From contig CAVPBE010000001.1 in NCBI GenBank assembly GCA_963701745.1, positions 662,183-726,182 on the forward strand: a DNA stretch of 64,000 nucleotides, read 5' to 3'. How positions within the stretch are numbered: position 1 is the first letter of the stretch; each line of letters begins with the position of its first letter. The DNA comes from an uncultured Bacteroidales bacterium. GTDB taxonomy: Bacteria > Bacteroidota > Bacteroidia > Bacteroidales > VadinHA17. Made by a program: the position numbers and the translations under genes. The notes beneath the pieces were generated by a model that saw only the letters and a program-made list of their open reading frames with translations, was not told where the DNA came from and did no database searches. Positions 8,568-18,202 of the stretch are shown here, piece after piece.

Positions 8568-10718
8568 ATGTCGGAACCTTTTACAAAGGATCAGGTTTTT
8601 ATAAGGAAACTTACTGAAATAATAGAGGCGAATCTTGCAAATGAAAAGTTCGGAGTGGATGAGCTTGCCCTTGAATCAGGAATAAGTCTTTACAAGTTAA
8701 GCCATAAACTGTATGATTTAAATAAAAAAACAGTTAATCAATTCATCCGTGAAGTTCGTCTGAAGAAAGCTTTTGAGATGCTTCAGGACGGTGAATATAC
8801 TGCATCAGAAGTTGCATACAAAACAGGATTCAGCAGTCCTGCATATTTCACAAAAAGGTTTCATGAATATTTTGGATACCCGCCTGGCAAGGTTAAACGA
8901 CGAGATTATACCGGCAAGGAGCAAAATAATATGAGTCAGTTAGTTGGCACTTTTGAACCAGGAAAACGCATAAAGAGAACAAATCTTCTTTCTTCCCCGG
9001 GTATTTTTCTTGTTGCACTTGCAATTGCGGTTCTGGTCTTTCTCTTTTATCCTGTTCTGACAAAGAACTTTTCAAATGGGATATCAGATCCGGCAATTAA
9101 TTCCACTAAATCAATAGCAGTTCTGCCTTTTAAAAACCTGGGCGATAATACTGCTGATCAATATTTTATTGACGGAGTAATGGATGAGATTTTCATCAAT
9201 CTTAGCAGGATACATGATCTGAGGGTTGTGTCCCGTACTTCAGTCGAACAATTCAGGAACACCTCCCGATCTATTCCTGAAATCGGTAAAAAGCTTCATT
9301 CTGCTTACATAGTGGAAGGTAGCGGGCAGAAGTATGGCAACACCATCCGTCTGAGGGTTCAATTAATTGAAGCCTCAAAAGACAAGCACCTCTGGGCGCA
9401 ATCATATGAACAGGGAATTTTAGAAACGAAAGATATTTTCGCAATTCAAAGCCGGATTGCCCAAACTATAGCCTCGCAATTACATGCGACAATTACACTT
9501 GAAGAACAGGAACTTATGGAAAAGGTGCCAACTACAAATCTGACTGCCTACGATTTATACCGGAAAGCAAATGAATTTCAGAAGCAGTATCTTGTAACCA
9601 ACAATTTGAATACCTATTCAAAAGCTGTAACATTATATAAAGCTGCTCTCGAAATTGACTCATCATTTGCACGGGCTTACTCAGACCTGGCCTCGGTGTA
9701 CCTTGCGCGTTATTACTGGGAAACATATTTTAGTGAGAATTTTCTTGATTCCTGTTTAGTACTTGCCGGGATCGCAATTTCTTTTAATGGAAAAATTGAG
9801 GAAGCTTATCATATGATGGGCAGGTGCTACTTTGAAAAGGGGGACATTGAAAAGTCTTTATTTAATTTCAATAAAGCACTCGAAATAAATCCCGATTATT
9901 CTGATGCGTGGGCCTACCAGGGTTACCTGTTTGCAACTGTAGCCGATGATTATGTAAGGGGAATAGAATCTTACAGGAAATCGGTAAGTACAGGTCCGCC
10001 TGAATACCTTCCTACTTTGCTGAGAGGATTGGGACAGGCTTATCTTGATGCCGGTTTCATTGAAAAAGCAAAGAATTGTTACGATAAGGCATTCGAGATA
10101 GACGGGGATGAGGGATTGCACTTATTTAATTTATCGGATATTGAGTATTGCCTTGAAAACTTTGAGGAGGCTATAAAACTTGGAAATGAGGCGAATAAGG
10201 CCGATTCAGCATATTTCCCGGAGACTTCTTATTATTACGGACCTGTCGAACACACTGCAGAAGCATACATGCAAGCTCAGAAACTGCTTCGGAAATTTGA
10301 AAGATCCGGAACCAAAGACCTTAACCAGGTTCATCGGATTGGCTATGCTTTCCTGAAAGCAGGGAAATTAAAAGAGGCAGATAGCTATTTTAAGAGGCAG
10401 ATAGTAAATTCCCAGGAAAGTATTAAGCTTAAAAGATATATGTCTCTTTATAAAGGGGCACACTATGATCTGGCAGCTATTTATGCCTTTTTAGGCGACA
10501 GGGATAAAGCTTATCAGTATCTTGATGAATTCAGCAAGAAAAAAGTTTACCCGTTATGGTGGATTACCCTGTCAAAACATGATCCATTTTTTACCAGCTT
10601 AAGGAATGACGAAAAATTCCAGAGAATCCTCCGGGACATGCAGTTGAAATATCAGGCAGAACATGAAAGGGTGGGGAAGTGGCTTGAGGATAACACGGAA
10701 TTCAGTGAAGGACTTTGA
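8568..10718 (+). CDS. Membrane-anchored AraC-family HTH regulator with extracytoplasmic TPR-rich domain
   Basis: 716 aa. AraC HTH at the N-terminus (EVAYKTGFSSPAYFTKRFHEYFGYPP), one TM segment (GIFLVALAIAVLVFLFYPVL), then a long TPR-like region. Confidence 0.75.
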   Translation: MSEPFTKDQVFIRKLTEIIEANLANEKFGVDELALESGISLYKLSHKLYDLNKKTVNQFIREVRLKKAFEMLQDGEYTASEVAYKTGFSSPAYFTKRFHEYFGYPPGKVKRRDYTGKEQNNMSQLVGTFEPGKRIKRTNLLSSPGIFLVALAIAVLVFLFYPVLTKNFSNGISDPAINSTKSIAVLPFKNLGDNTADQYFIDGVMDEIFINLSRIHDLRVVSRTSVEQFRNTSRSIPEIGKKLHSAYIVEGSGQKYGNTIRLRVQLIEASKDKHLWAQSYEQGILETKDIFAIQSRIAQTIASQLHATITLEEQELMEKVPTTNLTAYDLYRKANEFQKQYLVTNNLNTYSKAVTLYKAALEIDSSFARAYSDLASVYLARYYWETYFSENFLDSCLVLAGIAISFNGKIEEAYHMMGRCYFEKGDIEKSLFNFNKALEINPDYSDAWAYQGYLFATVADDYVRGIESYRKSVSTGPPEYLPTLLRGLGQAYLDAGFIEKAKNCYDKAFEIDGDEGLHLFNLSDIEYCLENFEEAIKLGNEANKADSAYFPETSYYYGPVEHTAEAYMQAQKLLRKFERSGTKDLNQVHRIGYAFLKAGKLKEADSYFKRQIVNSQESIKLKRYMSLYKGAHYDLAAIYAFLGDRDKAYQYLDEFSKKKVYPLWWITLSKHDPFFTSLRNDEKFQRILRDMQLKYQAEHERVGKWLEDNTEFSEGL

Positions 10719-10721
10719 ATT

Positions 10722-12161
10722 CTACTTAAGATCCTCGAGAGAGAATCCCAGCTTTAAGAGATTTCCGGGCTGAATGATCTCCTTTAATCTGGCATTATCT
10801 ATTGATTTCAGGATCGCGTTTGCTTCAAAAATATCGTATTTATTCTCTTTCATCACCTTTGCCAGTTCAGAAGCCATGTTATAACCGATATGAGGAACAA
10901 GAGCGGTCGTTAATGCCGGACTATGCAAGAGGGAGAGATACCCTGTGGTATCGTTAACAATGAGTCCGCTTATAAGGTTATCTTCCGCTGTTTTACATGA
11001 AGAAATAAGCAGATTAAGGCTTTCAATAACAGCATAGCCTATTACAGGGAGATATGCATTAAGTTCAAGACAACCCTGACCTGAAAGTGTACTGACAAGG
11101 TTATCGTTTGAATAAATCTTATGAGAAGCTGAAATTATGAATTCGGGGATCACCGGATTGATCTTTCCGGGCATTATGGAACTACCGACCTGTCTTTCCG
11201 GGATTAAAATACTCTTATCACCGACTACATCAGATGCAAGTAGCCTCAGATCCGAAACCATCTTCTCAAGATTTACAGCCAATGCCTTAAGAATGGCATG
11301 TACCTCCACCCATTTATCAAGGTTTGAAGTTGTATCCGACAGGTTTTCACTGTGCGAAACAGGAAGTCCTGTAAGATTCCTTAATTCCGGAACAACCTGC
11401 ATAATGAAAAACCTCGGAACGGCCAGGCCAGTTCCAATGGCTCCACCACCGAGATTAACGGGTTTTAACCGCTCAATGCATTTCGAGACTCTCCACCAGT
11501 CGCGTGAAAGTGCTTCATTATAAGAGCTGAAGAGGAGACTGAATGAAGAGGGCACCGCCTCCTGCATCTGAGTAAAACCCGGACGTAACTTGTCATCTGA
11601 ATCCCGTTCAAGCTTTTCGATCTTCAATCTGAGGTTGTTTATCCTGCCTTCGAGCGACTGCAGCAAGAACATTGCCGCTACAGTGAGAGCTGTTGGAATA
11701 ACATCATTTGTCGACTGGTAAATATTTGCGTGTTCAGTGGGATCGATATAAGTGTATTCACCACATTTATTACCTGTTTTTAAGAGGGAGGTATTTGCAA
11801 TGATCTCATTGATATTCATATTGATGCTCGTCCCTGCTCCACCCTGTACGGCGGGTACTATGAAATGCTCAAAATACTTTCCTTCAGAAACCTCACTGGC
11901 AGCTCCGGTCAAAGCATCGAGGATTTCATCACCAATAGTTTTGACGGAAAGATCTTTGCCGTATTTTTCAATTGCGGTGTCTCGGAATTTACGATAGGTA
12001 TTGTAGCAAGCGAGCTTTGTAATACCAACAGCCTTGTACCATTCCAATGGGAAAGGAGTATTTCCGGGGAAGTTTTCTTTTGCCCTCAGCGCGTGTATCC
12101 CGTATAGAGCATCCGAAGGGATCTCTTTCTGACCTAGAGTGTCTTTCTCAGTTCGGAACAT
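10722..12161 (-). CDS. aspA: Aspartate ammonia-lyase-like enzyme (class II fumarase/aspartase superfamily)
   Basis: 479 aa. Superfamily motifs QGGAGTSINMNINE and QSTNDVIPT. The signature GSSIMPGKINPVIPE is closer to aspartase (NPVxPE) than to fumarase (NPTQ). Confidence 0.7.
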   Translation of the reverse strand: MFRTEKDTLGQKEIPSDALYGIHALRAKENFPGNTPFPLEWYKAVGITKLACYNTYRKFRDTAIEKYGKDLSVKTIGDEILDALTGAASEVSEGKYFEHFIVPAVQGGAGTSINMNINEIIANTSLLKTGNKCGEYTYIDPTEHANIYQSTNDVIPTALTVAAMFLLQSLEGRINNLRLKIEKLERDSDDKLRPGFTQMQEAVPSSFSLLFSSYNEALSRDWWRVSKCIERLKPVNLGGGAIGTGLAVPRFFIMQVVPELRNLTGLPVSHSENLSDTTSNLDKWVEVHAILKALAVNLEKMVSDLRLLASDVVGDKSILIPERQVGSSIMPGKINPVIPEFIISASHKIYSNDNLVSTLSGQGCLELNAYLPVIGYAVIESLNLLISSCKTAEDNLISGLIVNDTTGYLSLLHSPALTTALVPHIGYNMASELAKVMKENKYDIFEANAILKSIDNARLKEIIQPGNLLKLGFSLEDLK

Positions 12162-12170
12162 AATTCTTCT

Positions 12171-12240
12171 GCCCCCAACCCCCTAAAGGGGGCTTTAATA
12201 AATAATATGTTTAAGCCCCTCTTCAGGGGGGTAGGGGGCG
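12171..12240. repeat. G/C-rich nested-palindrome element (outer imperfect IR plus two hairpins)
   Basis: gcccccaaccccc (12171-) pairs with gggggtagggggc (-12239). Inner hairpins are ccccc-taaa-ggggg (12179-12192) and cccct-cttc-agggg (12216-12229). Confidence 0.7.
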
Positions 12241-12242
12241 AT

Positions 12243-13421
12243 TTATAAAATTGTAGAACCAGATACGGGCCGTGCGTATGCCACCACATCAGCTCCTGTA
12301 ATTTCATCTCTGCAAAGAATTATAAGCCTTTCAAGAACATTCCTGAACTCGCGGATATTCCCCGTCCATTCTATTTTCTGAAGCTCATTTATAGCGTCTT
12401 TTCTTATTGTCCTTTTGCTCATCCCGTATTCGCCGCATATAATGCTGTTGAAATGTTCGGCTAGAATTGGTATATCATCATGCCTTTCGTTGAGTGTAGG
12501 AACATGTATCAGTATTACACTCAGCCTGTGGTACAGATCTTCCCTGAAAGTGTTGGTTTCAATCTCTTTTCTGATGTTTTTGTTTGTTGCTGCAATAACC
12601 CTGACATTGACATGTATATCCTTGTCGGATCCCACACGGGTTATCTTGTTTTCCTGAAGGGCCCGAAGCACCTTTGATTGTGCTGAAAGGCTCATGTCAC
12701 CGATTTCATCCAGAAAAAGAGTTCCCCCATTAGCCTGTTCAAATTTGCCTATCCTTTGCTTAATAGCGGAAGTAAACGATCCTTTCTCATGTCCAAAAAG
12801 TTCACTTTCGATAAGTTCTGAGGGTATGGCTGCACAGTTAACCTCTACAAAAGGACCTTTTGCCCTGTTGCTTTTTTCATGGATCTGGTGAGCTACCAGC
12901 TCTTTGCCTGTACCATTGGCTCCCGTGATCAGAACACGAGCCTCCGTCGTGGCAACCCTGTCAATCATCTCCTTGACCTTCTTAATAGATTCAGATTCAC
13001 CGACAATTTCATACATCTTGCTGACCTTGTTCTTCAGCACCTGAGTCTGGGTTATAAGGGTCGATTTATCAGTGGCGTTCCTAATTGTTATCAGTAATCT
13101 GTTCAGATCGAGAGGTTTTTCGAGAAAATCAAAAGCGCCCTTCTTTATTGCTTCTACTGCAGTATCAATATTTCCATGTCCGGAGATCATAACGACAGGT
13201 ATATCTGAAGAGGTTTCACATATTTTCTGAAGTACCTCTATACCATCCATCTTTGCCATCTTTATATCACAGAGAACTATGTCGTATGAGTTGGTATTGA
13301 ACAGCTCAAGTCCGGAAGGTCCGTCTTCAGCAAGATCAACCTCATGCTTTTCATACTCCAGTACCTCTTTCAGGGTATTCCTGATGGCCCGTTCATCATC
13401 TATAACAAGTATTTTTGACAT
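12243..13421 (-). CDS. Sigma-54-dependent response regulator (REC plus AAA+), apparently without a C-terminal HTH
   Basis: 392 aa. REC domain (ILVIDDE...CDIKMAKMDG), Walker A GANGTGKE and a GAFTGA-type loop (GHEKGSFTSA). The protein ends about 30 aa after the AAA+ domain. Confidence 0.8.
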   Translation of the reverse strand: MSKILVIDDERAIRNTLKEVLEYEKHEVDLAEDGPSGLELFNTNSYDIVLCDIKMAKMDGIEVLQKICETSSDIPVVMISGHGNIDTAVEAIKKGAFDFLEKPLDLNRLLITIRNATDKSTLITQTQVLKNKVSKMYEIVGESESIKKVKEMIDRVATTEARVLITGANGTGKELVAHQIHEKSNRAKGPFVEVNCAAIPSELIESELFGHEKGSFTSAIKQRIGKFEQANGGTLFLDEIGDMSLSAQSKVLRALQENKITRVGSDKDIHVNVRVIAATNKNIRKEIETNTFREDLYHRLSVILIHVPTLNERHDDIPILAEHFNSIICGEYGMSKRTIRKDAINELQKIEWTGNIREFRNVLERLIILCRDEITGADVVAYARPVSGSTIL

Positions 13422-13548
13422 ATAGTCGAAATAAAGATAATTGTTTTATTATTTAAAGGCTTCGGATTTCGGGCGTAGGGCATCGGGCATCAGGCTAAGA
13501 ATAAATCCCATAAGTTTTTCCTGACGCCAGTTGCCTTACACCTGGCGC

Positions 13549-14907
13549 CTATCCTGAGTATCTAAGCCACTTCCACATCTCTTTCCATGAAGTCTTCTTA
13601 CCGTACATCAGTATACCTGTCCGGTATACCTTGGCCGCCATCCAAACAAAAGCCAGGAATGTTACTACCATAAGAGCCATTGAGACTGCCAGTTGCCACA
13701 TTGGTACCCCAAACGGGATCCTGGCCATCATTACGATAGGAGATGTCAGCGGTATCATTGAGCACCAGAGAGAGAGTGAGCTTTCGGGATTTTGCATTGT
13801 TCCCATTGCGACCATTAAAGCAAGGATTATTGGTATTGTAACCGGCAGCATGAACTGCTGGGTTTCAGTCTCATTATCGACAGCTGATCCGATAGCAGCG
13901 AATATTGATGCATAAAGCAGGTACCCGGTTATAAAGTAGAAAATGAAAGAAACAATTATCAGTCCCCAAGGCTGGTTCATCGCACTGTCGAATAATTTGG
14001 AAAACTCGGCCAGATCAGGATTAACCTGCGGGGACTGAGTTGCCACAGCCGACTGCTGTCCCTCTGTCATCATGCTTTTAGATACGTTCTGCGTAACTTC
14101 AGTTAAATCTGTTTTCTTCAGGATCGTTGTTTTGAGAACTCCGACAATACCGATAGTGAGTAATATCCAGATCATGAACTGGGTGAGTCCGACAAGTGCA
14201 ATGCCTACTATTTTTCCCATCATAAGCTGAACGGGCTTTACAGATGAGACTATTACCTCAACAACACGGCTGGTTTTTTCCTCAATTACGCCCCTCATTA
14301 CCTGCGATCCGAACATGAATACAAGCATATACATAAGAAAACCACCGATATAGGCCAGAGCCATTGCAATCCCAGTGCTTGTACTCTTAACTTCTCCTGA
14401 ATCGCCTATCTTCTGGGTCTGTATCGATACCTTTGTCTCCACATTCTTCATAATATCATCGAGATTCTCAATATTGTAAGTCATAAGCTTCTGTTTTTCA
14501 ATCTCTTTCTCCAGGGAGCTTTCGATATATTGAAGATCACTTATGGGAGGCTGCTTTTTTGATATCAGGGTAATAGCATTTGGTGTATTTACTAGTTCAG
14601 GAGAGATGTTGAGTACCCCGTAATATCCGGCCTGTTCAAATGAATTTTTGATGTCATCAAGCTTTATATTTTCCAGGTAAACAAATTCAAGAGTTTTGGA
14701 ATTTTTAATAACACCTTTAAAAAGGTCCGAACCCTCTTCAATAACTGCAATCTTTTTAAAGTCCTTGTCCTGATTTACCATCAAAAGTGTCGGTACAATT
14801 ATTATGGCTGCCATCAGTACGGGAGCAAGAATTGTCATAATAATAAATGACTTCTTCCTGACCCGGGTCATATATTCCCTTTTAATTATTATGGATATCT
14901 TATTCAT
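13549..14907 (-). CDS. ABC-2 type transporter permease (NatB-like)
   Basis: 452 aa. N-terminal TM, a large extracytoplasmic loop and a C-terminal multi-TM ABC-2 region. It lies immediately downstream of the ATPase gene. Confidence 0.75.
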   Translation of the reverse strand: MNKISIIIKREYMTRVRKKSFIIMTILAPVLMAAIIIVPTLLMVNQDKDFKKIAVIEEGSDLFKGVIKNSKTLEFVYLENIKLDDIKNSFEQAGYYGVLNISPELVNTPNAITLISKKQPPISDLQYIESSLEKEIEKQKLMTYNIENLDDIMKNVETKVSIQTQKIGDSGEVKSTSTGIAMALAYIGGFLMYMLVFMFGSQVMRGVIEEKTSRVVEVIVSSVKPVQLMMGKIVGIALVGLTQFMIWILLTIGIVGVLKTTILKKTDLTEVTQNVSKSMMTEGQQSAVATQSPQVNPDLAEFSKLFDSAMNQPWGLIIVSFIFYFITGYLLYASIFAAIGSAVDNETETQQFMLPVTIPIILALMVAMGTMQNPESSLSLWCSMIPLTSPIVMMARIPFGVPMWQLAVSMALMVVTFLAFVWMAAKVYRTGILMYGKKTSWKEMWKWLRYSG

Positions 14908-14943
14908 ATTGTGTGATTTATGATATTAATTATGGGTCAGTGA

Positions 14944-15852
14944 TTAATTCCGGTTTTCGACAACCCTGATAAATATCTCATTCATCGATGGAAGGGCCGG
15001 GTTGAATGAAATGACCTTCCCGGATTTTAAGGCGTTTTGAAGTATTTCATTTGTTTCCATACCACTTACTGTTTTAAGCCTTATTGTACTTTTCCCGTTT
15101 TCAGTTTGTTTATTCAGAATATTGAAATTACCATTTCCCGCCAGTGTCACATCTCCTTCAAAAACAATATCATATTCATTGGCCGCCCAATGTTTACGGA
15201 TATCATAGACATTTCCCTCGAGGATGGTTTTAGCCTTGTTTATAAGAGTTATATTATCACATAATTCTTCAACAGATTCCATATTATGTGTTGAAAAGAT
15301 AATTGTGGCGCCTCTCTCCCTGAGAAAAAGTATTTCGTTTTTAACCACATTTGCATTTACCGGATCGAATCCTGTAAAGGGTTCATCGAATATCAGAAGC
15401 TTCGGTTCATGAAGAACAGTTGTGGCAAACTGAACCTTCTGCTGCATTCCTTTTGACAGTTCTTCGACTTTCTTACCCCACCAGTCAACAATATCGAGTT
15501 TCCTGAACCAGTATTTCAGTCTTCTCATTGCCTCAGCCTTTGAAAGGCCTTTAAGCTGTGCAAAGTACAATGCCTGTTCACCGACTTTCATCTTTTTGTA
15601 CAAGCCTCGCTCCTCAGGAAGATAACCAATTGACATTACATCTTCTGGTTTGAGTTTTTTCCCATTAAGGAACAATTCACCTGAGTCAGGTCCAGTGATC
15701 TGATTGATTATCCTTATCAGGGTTGTTTTCCCGGCGCCATTAGGTCCCAGTAGTCCAAAAATGCATTGTTCAGGAACAGAGATACTTACATCGTCAAGTG
15801 CATATTGTGTTCCGAACTGCTTGGTGATGTGTTTTGCTTCAAAAAGTGCCAT
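14944..15852 (-). CDS. ABC transporter ATP-binding protein (NatA-like)
   Basis: Walker A GPNGAGKTT, signature LSKGMQQKV and Walker B LLIFDEP. Confidence 0.9.
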   Translation of the reverse strand: MALFEAKHITKQFGTQYALDDVSISVPEQCIFGLLGPNGAGKTTLIRIINQITGPDSGELFLNGKKLKPEDVMSIGYLPEERGLYKKMKVGEQALYFAQLKGLSKAEAMRRLKYWFRKLDIVDWWGKKVEELSKGMQQKVQFATTVLHEPKLLIFDEPFTGFDPVNANVVKNEILFLRERGATIIFSTHNMESVEELCDNITLINKAKTILEGNVYDIRKHWAANEYDIVFEGDVTLAGNGNFNILNKQTENGKSTIRLKTVSGMETNEILQNALKSGKVISFNPALPSMNEIFIRVVENRN

Positions 15853-15915
15853 AGAGGTCTGTTAAGTATAGTAAAATGAGACGTAAATATATAAAACTCT
15901 GTGGAATATCCATGC

Positions 15916-16015
15916 ACTCACCCCCAACCCCCTCTCTGCTAAAGCAAAGAGGGGGCTTAAATCAATTGAATCCCCCTCTTTACATGGTAGAGAGGGGGAA
16001 TATAAGGGGGTGAGT
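15916..16015. repeat. G/C-rich nested-palindrome element (outer 10-bp IR plus two hairpins)
   Basis: actcaccccc (15916-15925) is the exact reverse complement of gggggtgagt (16006-16015). Inner hairpins are 15928-15955 (ccccctctctgc-taaa-gcaaagaggggg, 11/12 pairs) and 15971-15999 (tccccctct...agaggggga). Confidence 0.75.
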
Positions 16016-16026
16016 ATCTGTAGTTT

Positions 16027-17181
16027 CTATTGAAAATACCCCCTCATCCTTTCGAAGAATCCTTTATCGTCTTTATCCGGATTTGGTGTGAATGAGTCGC
16101 TGTCTTTCAGCTTTTCAATAATCTTCATTTCTTCACGAGAAAGGCTTCTCGGGATCCATACATTCACATTGACAAGCAGATCGCCTCTGCCATAACCATT
16201 GACCTCGGGAAGTCCTTTCCCTCTCAGTCGCAATATTTTCCCGGGCTGGGTGCCTGGTTCTATTTTGATTTTAACATTATTATCCACAGTCGGGACTTCG
16301 ACATGGGTACCGATTATTGAATCAGGAATGCTTATAAATAAATTATAGATCAGATCGTTCCCTTCCCTTATCAGGTCGGGGTGATCCTCTTCGTCAATGA
16401 CAACCAGCAGGTCACCATTCATCCCTCCGCGTCTGGCAGCATTACCTTTTCCCTCGACATTCATCTGCATGCCTTTTGCGACTCCTGCCGGGATGTTGAT
16501 TTTAATAATATCCTCTTTCTGCACGATTCCCTCACCGTAACAAGCCGTACATTTTTTTGTTATTGTCTTGCCTTCGCCGTTACAGGAAGGGCACACTGCG
16601 GTGGTTTGCATCTGACCCAGTAATGTATTTGTTACGCGGGTCACATGACCTGAACCACGGCAGGTTGTGCAGGTCGCCGTACTGTTCTGATCTGCTGCGC
16701 CGCTTCCGTTGCATGAAGTGCACATTACATATTTGCTGACTTTTATCTTTTTCTCAGCACCAGCGGAAATTTCCTGAAGGTTGAGTTTTACCTTTACCCT
16801 CAGGTTGCTTCCTTTGTTGATTCTTCTGCCACCGCCTCGCCTTGAACCACCAAATCCTCCAAATCCCCCAAAAGCATCACCAAAAATATCTCCAAATGAC
16901 GAGAAGATATCCTCCATTGTCATACCAGCTCCGCCAAAACCGTTTCCGGAGGCTCCGCCTACACCTGCATGGCCATAACGGTCATACCTGGCCCGTTTTT
17001 CATCATTGCTTAGTATCTCATAGGCTGTAGCTGCTTCCTTGAAGTTCTCTTCAGCTTTTTTGTCGCCTGGATTCTTGTCAGGATGGTACTTCAATGCCTG
17101 CTTTCTGTATGCTTTCTTTATCTCCTCCTTTGTAGCCTCTTTCGAGACACCAAGCACCTCATAATAATCTCTTTTTTCCAT
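16027..17181 (-). CDS. dnaJ: Molecular chaperone DnaJ
   Basis: J domain (DYYEVLGV...HPDKNP), G/F-rich linker and four CxxCxGxG zinc-finger repeats. Confidence 0.95.
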   Translation of the reverse strand: MEKRDYYEVLGVSKEATKEEIKKAYRKQALKYHPDKNPGDKKAEENFKEAATAYEILSNDEKRARYDRYGHAGVGGASGNGFGGAGMTMEDIFSSFGDIFGDAFGGFGGFGGSRRGGGRRINKGSNLRVKVKLNLQEISAGAEKKIKVSKYVMCTSCNGSGAADQNSTATCTTCRGSGHVTRVTNTLLGQMQTTAVCPSCNGEGKTITKKCTACYGEGIVQKEDIIKINIPAGVAKGMQMNVEGKGNAARRGGMNGDLLVVIDEEDHPDLIREGNDLIYNLFISIPDSIIGTHVEVPTVDNNVKIKIEPGTQPGKILRLRGKGLPEVNGYGRGDLLVNVNVWIPRSLSREEMKIIEKLKDSDSFTPNPDKDDKGFFERMRGYFQ

Positions 17182-17233
17182 CCCTGACTTTATTTCTAAT
17201 CCTGACTTCCAAATAAATGGAATCGATTTTATA

Positions 17234-17881
17234 CTATTCTCCTATTACAACCTGTGAATGTCTTAAAACCTTATCCTTCAGATAATAGCCCTTTAAAATG
17301 ACTTCAATTATCTTCCCTTTTTGATCCTCCTCAGCCACCGGTATCTTTGCAGCAGCATCGTGAAGATCTACATTAAAATTGTTGTTGAGCGATTCAATCT
17401 CCCTGACGCCGTTCCTCTTAAGAAAATCAGATAATTTTACATATATCAGATCTATTCCTTCCTTCATGCCTTCATAATTAGCGGAAAATTCCATATGCTT
17501 AAGCGCTCTCTCGAAATCATCCATTACAGGCAGAATCTCTTTAAGCAGTTCCTCTCCGGCATATTTTGAGATATCCATTTTTTCTTTCAGGGTCCTTTTT
17601 CTGTAATTATCAAATTCAGCTGAGAGCCTTAAATACTTATCCTGCATCTCTGCCAGTTTTTCCAGTAAAACCTTCTCATCATGTATTTTTTTGTCAGATA
17701 CAGGTTCTTCACCAGTTTCCGTTTCTGATGACATTCCCTCTGATTCCGCATCCCCCGTTAACTCCTGAATAATCTCATTATCGTCGGAATCGTTAGTCGT
17801 ATTGTCTTTATTTTCAGATGTTTCTATATAATTCTTTTCCTTGTCGGCATTTGATCCGAAAACCTTTCTCTTAACCATCAT
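17234..17881 (-). CDS. grpE: Nucleotide exchange factor GrpE
   Basis: 215 aa. Acidic N-terminus, coiled coil and a C-terminal GrpE core ([15 protein letters not shown]...). It is directly upstream of dnaJ. Confidence 0.9.
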   Translation of the reverse strand: MMVKRKVFGSNADKEKNYIETSENKDNTTNDSDDNEIIQELTGDAESEGMSSETETGEEPVSDKKIHDEKVLLEKLAEMQDKYLRLSAEFDNYRKRTLKEKMDISKYAGEELLKEILPVMDDFERALKHMEFSANYEGMKEGIDLIYVKLSDFLKRNGVREIESLNNNFNVDLHDAAAKIPVAEEDQKGKIIEVILKGYYLKDKVLRHSQVVIGE

Positions 17882-18113
17882 TCTGGAATTTTTCTAATAA
17901 TTACTCTTTAAGTAACAAAATATCTGCCAAGTAGCAATAATTGACAAATTGACAGGCGTTGAAAGGAATAAAGGTATTAAGGCCTTAGGGCTTGAGGGCT
18001 AGGCTAGCGCGGATTTGCAATCCATGCCTTTTGATATTTGACATGAGTTACAAAATCTCACCAGCGGCGGGGTTTAGGATGGAATTACGGGGATGTTGTC
18101 TGAAAGGCGAAAA

Positions 18114-18160
18114 ACCCACCCCTCACCCCACGCAAGGCGTGGCAGGCTCTCCCAGGAGGG
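18114..18160. repeat. Degenerate member of the G/C-rich palindrome family
   Basis: The box acccacccctcacccc is followed by hairpin ccacgc-aag-gcgtgg (18128-18142) and the short palindrome ctcc-ca-ggag (18148-18159). Confidence 0.45.
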
Positions 18161-18202
18161 TATCCCTTTTGATTGCCTTCAAACCTTAAAACCCTGACGC
18201 CT

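Noticed and set aside
17992-18189. A 65-aa ORF and a tRNA-anticodon-arm-like hairpin (gcggatttgcaatcc, ~18010-18025) in the grpE/murA spacer.
   Set aside because: No acceptor, D or T arms (no GGTTCGAATCC-type sequence) can be assembled around it. The ORF is a translation of short palindromic filler repeats.
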